Source: Macrostomum lignano
Taxonomy: Eukaryota
NCBI GenBank assembly: GCA_002269645.1
Contig: NIVC01003003.1
Coordinates: forward strand, 1-64,000
Direction of reading: 5' to 3'
Length of the DNA: 64,000 nt
In this document: positions 50,915-63,139 of the stretch, one piece after another
Layout: every line of letters starts with the position of its first letter
Position numbering within the stretch: the first letter of the stretch is position 1
Made by a program: the position numbers and the translations under genes
The notes under the pieces: model-generated
Told to the model about the DNA's origin: nothing
Seen by the model: only the letters and a program-made list of their open reading frames with translations
Database searches by the model: none

Positions 50915-51940
50915 AGGCCAATATCCAATATGAAGAGACACACACTAAGCCAATATCAAGAGACACACTAAGCCAATATGGAGAGACACACTAAGCCAAT
51001 ATGGAGAGACACACTAAGCGAATATGGAGAGACACACACTAAGCCAATATGGAGAGACATACTAAGCCATATGGAGAGACACACTAAGCCAATATGGAGA
51101 GACACACTAAGCCAATATCGAGAGACACACTAAGCCAATATGGAGAGACATACTAAGCCATATGGAGAGACACACTAAGCCATATGGAGAGACACACATT
51201 AAGCCAATATCGAGAGACACACACTAAGCCAATATGAAGAGACACACTAAGCCAATATGGAGAGACACACTAAGCCAATATGGAGAGACATACTAAGCCA
51301 TATGGAGAGACACACTAAGCCAATATGGAGAGACACACTAAGCCAATATGGAGAGACACACTAAGCCAATATGGAGAGACACACTAAGCCAATATCGAGA
51401 GAGACACACTAAGCCAATATCGAGAGACACACTAAGCCAATATCGAGAGACACACTAAGCCAATATGGAGAGACACACTAAGCCAATATCGAGAGACATA
51501 CTAAGCCATATGGAGAGACACACTAAGCCAATATGGAGAGACACACTAAGCCAATATCGAGAGACACACTAAGCCAATATGGAGAGACACACTAAGCCAA
51601 TATGGAGAGACACACTAAGCCAATATGGAGAGACACACTAAGCCAATATGGAGAGACACACTAAGCCATATGGAGAGACACACATTAAGCCAATATCGAG
51701 AGACACACACTAAGCCAATATGAAGAGACACACTAAGCCAATATGGAGAGACACACTAAGCCAATATGGAGAGACACACTAAGCCAATATGGAGAGACAC
51801 ACTAAGCCAATATGGAGAGACACACTAAGCCAATATCGAGAGAGACACACTAAGCCAATATCGAGAGACACACACTAAACCATATGGAGAGACACACACT
51901 AAGCCATATGGAGAGACACACACTAAGCCATATGGAGAGA
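50915..51940. repeat. 23-bp minisatellite
   Basis: Unit GAGACACACTAAGCCAATATGGA. Confidence 0.95.
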
Positions 51941-52664
51941 CAGGTAGAACAGGATGTAAAGCTTACTGGAGCTGCAGAAAAAGCACTCACCGCTATGAAT
52001 CCATTTGGTGTCAGCCTCTCAAACGCCCAGGGGTATGCTGTACCGTCCAGTCGCTGACAATATCGCAATTTCTCTTTGAATGCATTCGCCAAACATGCAG
52101 ACTTTGAGGTCCTCTTTGGAGCAGCAGTTCGCTGAGCTGGAGGAGAGGTTAGGGGGTCGCTAAAGACACAGACACAAGCGCATGGCTTATATGCATAGCT
52201 TATGCGCCCTTGCACAGAGCAGCTGGCAGCGGAGGGCCACACACATTATCCCCCTCCTGTAACACATGGTGCTAGGCTGCCAGCACATGGTCAATTCCAG
52301 CTGGTTCTGCTATCCCTGTACGTTAGCGATTGAAAATACGCTTTGCAAAGGGCTCAGGGCTTCCATATGACGCCTTCGTTTCCTCGCCCTCTCACCCTCT
52401 CTCTCTCTCTCTCTCTCGCTCCTTCTCTTAAGACCTTCTGTCGCAAGATCTTCCGGGGTCCTATACTTTTTCGTAATCTCTATCTATTGGTGTATTAAAA
52501 CTTGTTCGTTTTCTTTAGGTCTAGAGATTCATTTCTCCTTTTTTTAGAATCCACTTTAATTGAAATTTGGGAGGTACTATTGATGATTTTTAGCCTGGTT
52601 GAAACTTATTTTTCCAATTGCTCAATCAGCTAAAGGTTTGTGTGAGAAAAGATTGATAGATCCC

Positions 52665-52920
52665 TTCTTCCCAGGAGCATAATTCCCTTGCCAGGAGCAT
52701 ATTACCCTTGCCAGGAGCATATTACCCTTGCCAGGAGCATATTACCCTTGCCAGGAGCATATTACCCTTGCCAGGAGCATATTACCCTTCCCAGAAGTAT
52801 ATTACCTTTTTCAAAAGCATATTACCCCTTTCCAAGAGTATATTACCCTTCCCGGGAGCCTATTACCCTTCCCGGCAGCATATTACTCCTTTCCAGGAAG
52901 ACTGAATTACCCTTCCCATG
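52665..52920. repeat. 20-bp minisatellite
   Basis: Unit TTGCCAGGAGCATATTACCC, degenerating rightwards. Confidence 0.9.
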
Positions 52921-53784
52921 GTAATTATCACTCCTTAATTAGAATCGTTAATTACCAGACAAATTGCCTGAATTCCTATAAGAATTGCCCATTAAAATTA
53001 TCGTCCCTTCCTAGAAAACTCCCCACATTATCAACACAATTCGCCTTATTTTAATCCAATTAATTAAGATCATAGTCTTTTTAACACGTATGTCTGTACA
53101 CGTTCAACGATATGTACTGTATCATCTACAACTGAAAGTTTGCCCCCGTATAGTAGCTCGCGCGGCTGGTATGATTCTTCCTTTAACGCCCCCCCCCCGT
53201 AGGCGGTAGGCGCTAGCAACAAAAGCTGACAAGTGACACGGGATGAGGCACAAGATTTGTAGCATTGTACACCGTTCCGATGTTTCTATCTATATATTAT
53301 AGTTCCCTCAGTGATAAGAGTGGGGGTGGGCAGTTGGGATCTTCTTTTCTTCGTTTAGTTCCAATGTCCGCTGCAAGCCACCCACTGCGCCGAAATGAAG
53401 AACAGGGAACAGGAATATCCCGCAGACACAGTGGCGCCACACTCGCTTACAGGATAGCATGAAGAAGCGACAGACACGGGGCAAACTGGTGGGGAGTTAA
53501 AAGAAGCAAACTGGGATGGATGCTTTCATCCTGTCTTCGCTAATGCAAGCCCTAGGATTCTACAGCTTAGACCTATCACACTGAACCCCCCATCCACCCC
53601 CCGGAGGGCAGAGAAAGATTCTTGACGCTCCAAGGTGTGAAATCGAGCTGCACAGAATTGCCAATGTGTTTCTAGTTTCTGGGTTCGGCGTGACTTTCAG
53701 TTTGAAACATTGTATAACTTGCATTGTTGGGGGTGAAAAGTTAATATTAACACCATTTGTTTCTAAGTTTCCATTTTAAGCATT

Positions 53785-54450
53785 GTGCAGTTTAGGGATG
53801 CTGCAGCTGGATGCTGCAGTTTAGGGATGCTGCAGTTTAGGGATGCTGCAGTTTAGGGATGCTGCAGTTTAGGGATGCTGCAGTTTAGGGATGCTGCAGT
53901 TTAGGGATGCTGCAGTTTAGGGATGCTGCAGTTTAGGGATGCTGCAGTTTAGGGATGCTGCAGTTTAGGGATGCTGCAGTTTAGGGATGCTGCAGTTTAG
54001 GGATGCTGCAGTTTAGGGATGCTGCAGTTTAGGGATGCTGCAGTTTAGGGATGCTGCAGTTTAGGGATGCTGCAGTTTAGGGATGCTGCAGTTTAGGGAT
54101 GCTGCAGTTTAGGGATGCTGCAGTTTAGGGATGCTGCAGTTTAGGGATGCTGCAGTTTAGGGATGCTGCAGTTTAGGGATGCTGCAGTTTAGGGATGGTG
54201 CAGTTTAGGGATGCTGAAGTTTAGGGATGCTGCAGTTTAGGGATGCTGCAGTTTAGGGATGCTGCAGTTTAGGGATGCTGCAGTTTAGGGATGCTGCAGT
54301 TTAGGGATGCTGCAGTTTAGGGATGCTGCAGTTTAGGGATGGTGCAGTTTAGGGATGCTGCAGTTTAGGGATGCTGCAGTTTAGGGATGCTGCAGTTTAG
54401 GGATGCTGCAGTTTAGGGATGCTGCAGTTTAGGGATGCTGCAGTTTAGAG
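53785..54450 (+). repeat. 16-bp TTAGGG-containing satellite, left arm of an inverted pair
   Basis: Unit TTTAGGGATGCTGCAG. Confidence 0.97.
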
Positions 54451-55344
54451 ATGGACAGTTCAACGATCGTTATAGCTGGGCTTGTAAAATTCCAAGATTG
54501 TGATTGTTAATCTTGTTGAGTTGAGCCTCAAACAGATGAAGAAAACAAAGATGCAGCGGCCAGCATCCACAGGCACGTGAAATGAACCACGTCCGATGCC
54601 CTGACGGTGTTGAATACTGTTGACAGCAGCTTGCGTGCATTCAGGCATATTTCGAAACGGCTCAACCAGAGATCAATTGAGCTGCCAAATCAAAAGACAA
54701 ACATCATCTTTCAAACGGATTATGACTGCCGACCATCTGTCGCAAAATACGTTTGCGGTTTGCTACAAATTTCGTGGGAAATTGGCGGAAATGCGATCGG
54801 GAAAACAGGATTTAGTAAGATTTTAAACTGAATTCTGTACTCGCCCGTATTCGGCTTGAAATGTAATACACGAAACCGACCCGAAAGCTGCAAGACAGAG
54901 AGAGAGCTAGAAAAGAAATCCACCGAAAAAAAACATTTTTGTTCTCTATTATATAGTCTTCTCCATTTCCAGTGGCTGGCTTGCATCAAGGCCTGCTGCT
55001 GCTGCTGGTGGTAGCGAAGAAAAATATGGCCTTCTGACTGGCGGTTGCTTGACTTCTTGCTTTTGCACAGGCGTGGCTGGGGCTTTTGCAATCGCGGATT
55101 GAAACGGGCGAAGAGCCGCCTCGTGACTGACAAGCTGAATATTTGCTAGAATATTGCGCTACACAAAATCCAGCTCGTAGGTATCAGAAACGCGTGGGGG
55201 AGACACGACCTACATGGTGGATGCTTAGATATTGTATTTCCTAGATTCTGTGTTGCAGTTCTTGCAAGAGCGAAACGTTTCTGTCACCCTGGCGGCAGTA
55301 TTTTAATGCTATTATATTTTACTTTCGATTGGCACCATTCAAAT

Positions 55345-55610
55345 TACAACTCCTGAACAAACTGCTCCTGAACAAACTGCTCCTGAACAAACTCACTCCT
55401 GAACAAACTGCTCCTGAACAAACTGCTCCTGAACAAACTGCTCCTGAACAAACTGCTCCTGAACAAACTGCTCCTGAACAAACTGCTCCTGAACAAACTG
55501 CTCCTGAACAAACTGCTCCTGAACAAACTGCTCCTGAAAAAACTACTCCTGAACAAACTACTCCTGAACAAACTACTCCTGAACAAACTGCTCCTGAACA
55601 AACTGCTCCT
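55345..55610. repeat. 15-bp minisatellite
   Basis: Unit CTCCTGAACAAACTG. Confidence 0.95.
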
Positions 55611-55654
55611 TAAAAACTGCTTAAACCCCAATCTACAGTCCCCAATCTGCAGTC

Positions 55655-56200
55655 CATAAACTGCACCATCCCTAAACTGCACCATCCCTAAACTGCACCA
55701 TCCCTAAACTGCAGCATCCCTAAACTGCACCATCCCTAAACTGCAGCATCCCTAAACTGCAGCATCCCTAAACTGCAGCATCCCTAAACTGCAGCATCCC
55801 TAAACTGCAGCATCCCTAAACTGCAGCATCCCTAAACTGCACCATCCCTAAACTGCACCATCCCTAAACTGCAGCATCCCTAAACTGCAGCATCCCTAAA
55901 CTGCAGCATCCCTAAACTGCAGCATCCCTAAACTGCAGCATCCCTAAACTGCAGCATCCCTAAACTGCAGCATCCCTAAACTGCAGCATCCCTAAACTGC
56001 AGCATCCCTAAACTGCAGCATCCCTAAACTGCAGCATCCCTAAACTGCACCATCCCTAAACTGCAACCATCCCTAAACTGCAACCATCCCTAAACTGCAC
56101 CATCCCTAAACTGCACCATCCCTAAACTGCAACCATCCCTAAACTGCAGCATTTCTAAACTGCAGCATCCCTAAACTGCACCATCCCTACAAACTGCAGT
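55655..56200 (-). repeat. 16-bp satellite, right arm (reverse complement of 53785-54450)
   Basis: Unit CTGCAGCATCCCTAAA. Confidence 0.97.
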
Positions 56201-56949
56201 CCTTTCAACCACATAGCCATGCAAGTCCTCAATATCATTCTAAGTAACAGCGTTTCAAACTCTCTGCACAGAAAATTCAATGAAACCAAAAGCAATTTGC
56301 CAACATCTGTTTTTGGCAGCAACGCGTTCATCTCTTAATCTTCTTCTCATCAACAAGCGCCCCACCCCTAGTGGTGCACGCACTGAAAGCTCCGTGCACA
56401 GCTGAGCATATCTGAGCCAGCCCAGGGATTTGCAGTTATACCTTGTGCATCGTATCCTTCTCACCCCGAGGGCAGTGTCCGGCCACTGTCCGACTCCGCG
56501 GATGGACAGCACTTCAACACGGTGAACCTTCCCCAGCCCGCCTCTGGCAATAATGCGAATCGTACAAGTTTCTCCCCCTCTTCTGTTTGCTGCTGTGTAG
56601 GCTAACCCTCTCCTAGTAGAACCGATCAGAAATGGATAAGGGGTGGGAAGAACCTTGAAGAGCGTGAGTGAGTGTGTGTGCCTTGGGGGGGGGGGCGAGA
56701 CAGAGTTTCGCGCCCAACGGGCTCAAAATTTTCCTGTGTGTTTTTCCTCTTCTTTTCTGCTTCTTCTTCTGCTTCTGCTTAGCAGTCTTCTGCTTTTTTC
56801 TTCAGCCTACTGTTGGAACGGCGAGAACAGGTTTTCTTCATTTCTTGCTGCTTCTCGCTCTCTCTCTCTCTGTCTCTCTTTCTTTTGGCAAATTTAGTGG
56901 AAGCAACTTGCTAAGCGTGGAACACAAAAAAATCGATTCGTCGAAAAGC

Positions 56950-56995
<46 letters not shown>

Positions 56996-58324
56996 TCAAC
57001 CGGCTCTCCTCAACCCCAGAGGGAAACCAGCCAGCCACCCCCCATACAGACTTAGTAGAACTTCATTGCTTGCTTTTCCTCCCCATATCTTCTTAGAGAC
57101 CTCAAACTGCTTTAATTCCTGCATTATTCTCTGCCCCGATCTCTCGTCTCTGTCTGTCTGTTTGGCTGTGTCTCCGACCCCATTCTCTATCGATAGTCAA
57201 GATAGTTTAAGCGGCACTTAGAAGCCCCCCACTCCAACACCCCGTCTCCACCTCTCCCCCCCACCAACTTCTCAAATGGAGAACCTTCGTCTCACTCAAT
57301 TTTAATCCTTCCCCTCTTCCCTGGGGTCATTAATTTTTTGTCTTTGCTCTGCGAGGATATTTAAAATAAGTTTAGATTATACAATATGTATACACATGTG
57401 AGGAATCTTTGTTCTGCAAACTAAAATATAGTGTACAAAGAAAAGATTTAGAACAAAGATTTAGTATATTTAGATTCTCACCTCCCCGTGGGGTCTGTCA
57501 TAAACAGGACTATTACTTTACTAGTGTTAATAATATTACCTTAGCAGTTGAAGACTTGGTTGGGGTTAGAAAAATCAGGTGCAGTGACGACACCACCCCG
57601 GTTAATGAGGCAACCAATTCTTTCTAAATACCGTTCCGCTAATCCCCGATCCCCCGCTGAAAGTGAATTGCTGCCCACAGCCCCCCCCCCCAATTCAGCA
57701 GCCTCTTCGTGTTCCCCTGCTCTGTCTCTCTCTCTCTCTTTTTGTTATTTCTGCTCCTAGGGGCACTAATTGGCTACAGTTCCCTCTCTCCTTCTCTCCG
57801 CGCATATATATATATTTCAGGGATTTAGGATTGCAAGGTCTAGCACAGGAACGGCCCCCAACCAGTCCCGCTGACTGACCCCACCTGTTAATGGTAGGCA
57901 GGACTGTGCAGAAGCAGCAGTAGCCACGGGTTAAAGAGAACTAATCTCCAACAAGGCTGGAAAACACCCAGCTCCCTCCCCTGCCTCGAATAAGTTAAGA
58001 AAATTGACGTCTGAAGGTCTGAAGACCAATCTTTTTTATGAATCCTCTTCGCCCACATCCTCATTACTGAAGCGATTAGAGGGGGGGTGCGCCTCTACCC
58101 ACCATATTTTTGGGTGTGAGATTTTGTGAGGGGATCGTAACGGCGAGGCAGTGTTCGAGGTTAAGGGTTTTGTCAATCAACAGTGACACTGCTTCCAATT
58201 CTACTTTGCAGCTCTTTTCGCTAAGCAAGGATATGCAAAATAATTGATATGCATTCGATAATCCAGGGTTTCTTTATCTAGCTAAATTAATACTTCGATT
58301 GCGACTGCTTCTCTCTGCAAACTC

Positions 58325-58625
58325 TGATACCTATCTCACTCTATCTCTCCTTATCTCACTCTATCTCTCCCTATCTCACTCTATCTCTCCCTATCTCACT
58401 CTATCTCTCCCTATCTCACTCTATCTCTCCCTATCTCACTCTATCTCTCCCTATCTCACTCTATCTCTCCCTATCTCACTCTATCTCTCCCTATCTCACT
58501 CTATCTCTCCCTATCTCACTCTATCTCTCCCTATCTCACTCTATCTCTCCCTATCTCACTCTATCTCTCCCTATCTCACTCTATCTCTCCCTATCTCACT
58601 CTATCTCTCCCTATCTCACTCTATC
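58325..58625. repeat. 20-bp pyrimidine-rich minisatellite just upstream of an acceptor
   Basis: Unit CTATCTCTCCCTATCTCACT. Confidence 0.95.
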
Positions 58626-58680
58626 TTGTGTTTCACTCCATCGCTTCGTCTCACTCTCCAAGTCCCTCTCCAACCCGCAG

Positions 58681-59223
58681 GTCTACGGCCAAGCAGACTC
58701 CGGTCCTCCATCGTACCCCGGATCCAGCTCGGCCGTTAGCAAGCTGCAGATGCAACAGCAGCACCATCATCACCACCATCAGCAGCAGCAGCATCCGCCT
58801 CCGCTGTACTCAGCCGAGTCGCATCACTACTTCGGCAGCATGGACCATCAGCAGCAGCCGCCGCCGCCCCAGCCCGACCATTTCTATCAAAGCGACGGCG
58901 GAGGCGCCGGGGCGTTCTACTCGCACGATCCGCTTGGCGCTTTCACGGACGCTTATCAGCGCGCGTTCGGCGGCAATGGAGCTTCACCGCCGCCGCCGCC
59001 GCCGCCGCCGCCTGCGACAGGCTCAACTGGTGGCGTTAACGGCGCCGGTGGCTCGTCGCAAGCGTCAACCCCGCAGCCGGTCGGTTATTCGTCTAGCGCA
59101 GTTGAGCTGAGCGCAGTGACCGCCGGCGGCCCGGCAGTGCCGCAGCAGCAGAGAGACGGCTCATCATCGGGCGGCTCGTCTGGCTGGAGCCACTCGTTCG
59201 ACGGCGCCGGCGGTGGCCATTCG
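58681..59223 (+). CDS. da: E-protein gene exon (His/Gln/Pro/Gly-rich)
   Basis: CCCGCAG acceptor, TCG|GTAAGA donor, phase 0/0, GC-rich open frame. Confidence 0.8.
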
Positions 59224-59239
59224 GTAAGATATATAATAG

Positions 59240-59630
59240 ATACCTAGATACCTAGCTAGATACCTAGCGTCTTGAGTCTCTAGATACCTAGCGTCTTGAG
59301 TCTCTAGATACCTAGCGTCTTGAGTCTCTAGATACCTAGCGTCTTGAGTCTCTAGATACCTAGCGTCTTGAGTCTCTAGATACCTTCTGTCTTGAGTCTC
59401 TAGATACCTAGTGTCTTGAGTCTCTAGATACCTAGCGTCTTGAGTCTCTGGATACCTAGCGTCTTGAGTCTCTAGATACCTAGCGTCTTGAGTCTCTAGA
59501 TACTTAGCGTCTTGAGTCTCTAGATACCTTGTGTATTGAGTCTCTAGATACCTTGTGTCTTGAGTCTTTAGATACCTAGCGTCTTGAGTCTCTAGATACC
59601 TAGCGTCTTGAGTCTCTAGATACCTAGTCT
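59240..59630. repeat. 24-bp minisatellite
   Basis: Unit TAGATACCTAGCGTCTTGAGTCTC. Confidence 0.94.
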
Positions 59631-59758
59631 CTAAAATCTCAAGTTTCTAAACATCTAGCACACCCCGAGACATCTAGCAAAATTGTTCATAGTCAGGATT
59701 TGTATAACGATTAATGTCATCAATTGATAAATCCTTGTTTCCTTTGATCGCTCCTCAG

Positions 59759-59842
59759 GACTCGCTCGTCGCTTTGAGACCTGACATCTACGGCTATGCG
59801 CAGCCTCATCAGATGCTGCCCTATGGAGCCAGCTCCTATCAG
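59759..59842 (+). CDS. da: E-protein gene, 84-nt exon (not in the ORF track)
   Basis: CTCCTCAG acceptor, CAG|GTGAGA donor; DSLVALRPDIYGYAQPHQMLPYGASSYQ, phase 0/0. Confidence 0.75.
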
Positions 59843-59899
59843 GTGAGACTCAACATACCCGTATACTCACTCACGAAAATATGCTAACCCGGTTCATTT

Positions 59900-61608
59900 A
59901 AACAGCATCATCACTACCCGTGTCCTTATCCAGCATCATCCCCACCCGTGTCCTTATCCAGCATCATCACCACCCGTGTCCTTATCCAGCATCATCACCA
60001 CCCGTGTCCTTATCCAGCATCATCCCCACCCGTGTCCTTATCCAGCATCATCACCACCCGTGTCCTTATCCAGCATCATCCCACCCGTGTCCTTATCCAG
60101 CATCATCCCCACCCGTTTCCTTATCCAGCATCATCACTACCCGTGTCCTTATCCAGCATCATCACTACCCGTGTCCTTATCCAGCATCATCACCACCCGT
60201 GTCCTTATCCAGCATCATCCCCACCCGTTTCCTTATCCAGCATCATCCCCACCCGTGTCCTTATCCAGCATCATCCCACCCGTGTCCTTATCCAGCATCA
60301 TCCCCACCCGTGTCCTTATCCAGCATCATCCCACCCGTGTCCTTATCCAGCATCATCCCCACCCGTTTCCTTATCCAGCATCATCCCCACCCGTGTCCTT
60401 ATCCAGCATCATCACCACCCGTGTCCTTATCCAGCATCATCCCCACCCGTGTCCTTATCCAGCATCATCCCACCCGTGTCCTTATCCAGCATCATCCCCA
60501 CCCGTTTCCTTATCCAGCATCATCCCCACCCGTGTCCTTATCCAGCATCATCCCCACCCGTGTCCTTATCCAGCATCATCCCCACCCGTGTCCTTATCCA
60601 GCATCATCACCACCCGTGTCCTTATCCAGCATCATCACTACCCGTGTCCTTATCCAGCATCATCCCCACCCGTTTCCTTATCCAGCATCATCACTACCCG
60701 TGTCCTTATCCAGCATCATCACCACCCGTGTCCTTATCCAGCATCATCCCACCCGTTTCCTTATCCAGCATCATCCCCACCCGTGTCCTTATCCAGCATC
60801 ATCACCACCCGTGTCCTTATCCAGCATCATCACCACCCGTGTCCTTATCCAGCATCATCCCCACCCGTGTCCTTATCCAGCATCATCCCACCCGTGTCCT
60901 TATCCAGCATCATCCCACCCGTGTCCTTATCCAGCATCATCCCCACCACCCGTGTCCTTATCCAGCATCATCCCCACCCGTTTCCTTATCCAGCATCATC
61001 CCCACCCGTGTCCTTATCCAGCATCATCACCACCCGTGTCCTTATCCAGCATCATCCCCACCACCCGTGTCCTTATCCAGCATCATCCCCACCCGTTTCC
61101 TTATCCAGCATCATCCCCACCCGTGTCCTTATCCAGCATCATCCCCACCCGTGTCCTTATCCAGCATCATCACCACCCGTGTCCTTATCCAGCATCATCC
61201 CCACCCGTGTCCTTATCCAGCGTCATCCCCACCCGTGTCCTTATCCAGCATCATCCCACCCGTTTCCTTATCCAGCATCATCCCCACCCGTGTCCTTATC
61301 CAGCATCATCACCACCCGTGTCCTTATCCAGCATCATCCCCACCCGTGTCCTTATCCAGCATCATCACCACCCGTGTCCTTATCCAGCATCATCCCACCC
61401 GTTTCCTTATCCAGCATCATCCCCACCCGTGTCCTTATCCAGCATCATCACCACCCGTGTCCTTATCCAGCATCATCCCACCCGTGTCCTTATCCAGCAT
61501 CATCCCCACCCGTGTCCTTATCCAGCATCATCACCACCCGTGTCCTTATCCAGCATCATCCCCACCCGTTTCCTTATCCAGCATCATCCCCACCCGTGTC
61601 CTTATCCA
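59900..61608. repeat. 27/28-bp minisatellite (source of three ~600-aa spurious ORFs)
   Basis: Unit CCAGCATCATCCCCACCCGTGTCCTTAT. Confidence 0.97.
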
Positions 61609-62359
61609 TTTGCACGGAAGAAACTCCATCAAGACGAAAACTGTGAACCATTTCTCCAACAAAAAATGTCAGACACAAATTCCAATTTCATTTTCTATTG
61701 TTGGCTTATGCATAAAAAAGAGTTAATTGACGGCAGGGTCAATGCCTCAACTTGACATCCGGTACCCAGATGGTCAGCGGGTCGCTATGCCGCTATTAGG
61801 CGGAACCGAATCTTATTAGATGAGGCTGTTAGCTGGGTGGCCGAGGCAATATTTTTCTCTAAATTTTCCTGGGGATCGATTTCCATTTCTTCTTCCCATT
61901 TTCACCTAACCCTCCCGACCAGGAACCCATCCAGTTTTTCATTTATCGAAGCCATCCATTCAAGATATCAGCGGCAGTTTTGGGGGCAGTTCGAATTCCC
62001 TATGGGAGGCTGGGCGCGAAAATAAACAAGTGCCAATTTGGATTTCTTTCGTCATCGAGCGCGCGCGGCGGCGGGGGCAGCGGCGGTGCGGGGTGTCAAG
62101 TGGCGATGCCAGATGTCGCGCTTCAATGTCAGTCACTCCCGCTGGGCGTCACGGGCGGCGGCAGCGGGGGGGGGGCAATGGGGCCGACTGGTTTCGAATA
62201 AGATTTTTTTCCTAATTGGCCGCCTTTTCCGCATCAGCTTGCGTGGCGCGAATGTTCAGGCTCTTCAGAAATCATCAGGGAGGAAGACGGTTGCGCTTTG
62301 TGATCCCGACTTAGTTGCTAAGGCTAGGGCTTTTCTCGGCTTGTCTGTCCTGCTGTCTT

Positions 62360-62373
62360 TGTTTCTGTCTGGC

Positions 62374-62449
<76 letters not shown>

Positions 62450-62450
62450 A
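62360..62450. repeat. (CTGT)n microsatellite
   Basis: Direct reading. Confidence 0.95.
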
Positions 62451-62536
62451 GTGCATCAGTCATTGCAGTCTCCCTATTCTAGAAAAGCCAAACAGGCATA
62501 CAATAAATCTATCTTCCTCCAAATATCGTGTTGCAG

Positions 62537-62994
62537 CCGTCGGCCTGCGCCCCGCATTCCGGTACAAGCATGGCCCAGCATCATCAGCATCATCATCAGC
62601 AGCAGCAGCATCAGACTCTGCCGCCAGCCTCGGCTCAGCAGTCGCAGACTCGATCCTCCGCTCTGCCAGCCAAGCAGGCCAAGCTGCCCCAGTCGGCCGC
62701 CGCGATGTCGCAGGCTTCGCCGTCGGCGGCTGTTGACGAATTCGACGGCGGCGCCGGTATCGGCGGCGTCACGGCGAAGGGCCTCGCCATGGTGCAGCAG
62801 CAGCTCCACGCCCTGTCCGGCATGGCCTCGTCCTCGTCGGAGAAAAGCGTCGGCCAGGCGGTGAAACGGCGCGGCGGGCCCAGCAGTGCGGCGACGTCGA
62901 TTAGCGACGACGAGGACGACGACTTCGGGCTGAGCCCGGAGGAGAAGCAGCAGCGGGAGAAGGCCCGGCGCTATGCCAACAACGCCAGGGAGAG
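62537..62994 (+). CDS. da: E-protein (class I bHLH, daughterless/TCF3/4/12-like) exon ending in the basic region; the HLH lies beyond the window
   Basis: DEDDDFGLSPEEKQQREKARRYANNARER matches the E-protein basic region EKERRMANNARER; TTGCAG acceptor, AG|GTGAGC donor. Confidence 0.9.
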
Positions 62995-63139
62995 GTGAGC
63001 GCGACCTTTTTGTGAGCAGTTTTCGATCTGCTCAAGTTTGAGTGCGTTTTTATTTAGAACAGTTCAACAGATTTTGAGTGGATCGAATTCGCACAAGTTG
63101 ATTTTCGGGTAGACTGTGAATAGGTCTGTGTAGATTGTG

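Noticed and set aside
53785-56200. Telomere-telomere fusion scar
   Set aside because: The orientation fits, but the unit is a 16-mer with a single TTAGGG rather than a pure telomeric array, and the locus is inside an apparently intact gene.
56951-56989. (CTG)13 in an E-protein intron, reminiscent of human TCF4 CTG18.1
   Set aside because: Short CTG/CAG runs are common in this window and there is no positional homology; probably coincidence.
59920-61755. Three overlapping 556-611-aa ORFs
   Set aside because: All three frames are open only because the 27/28-bp repeat lacks stops; the array lies in an intron between phase-matched exons.
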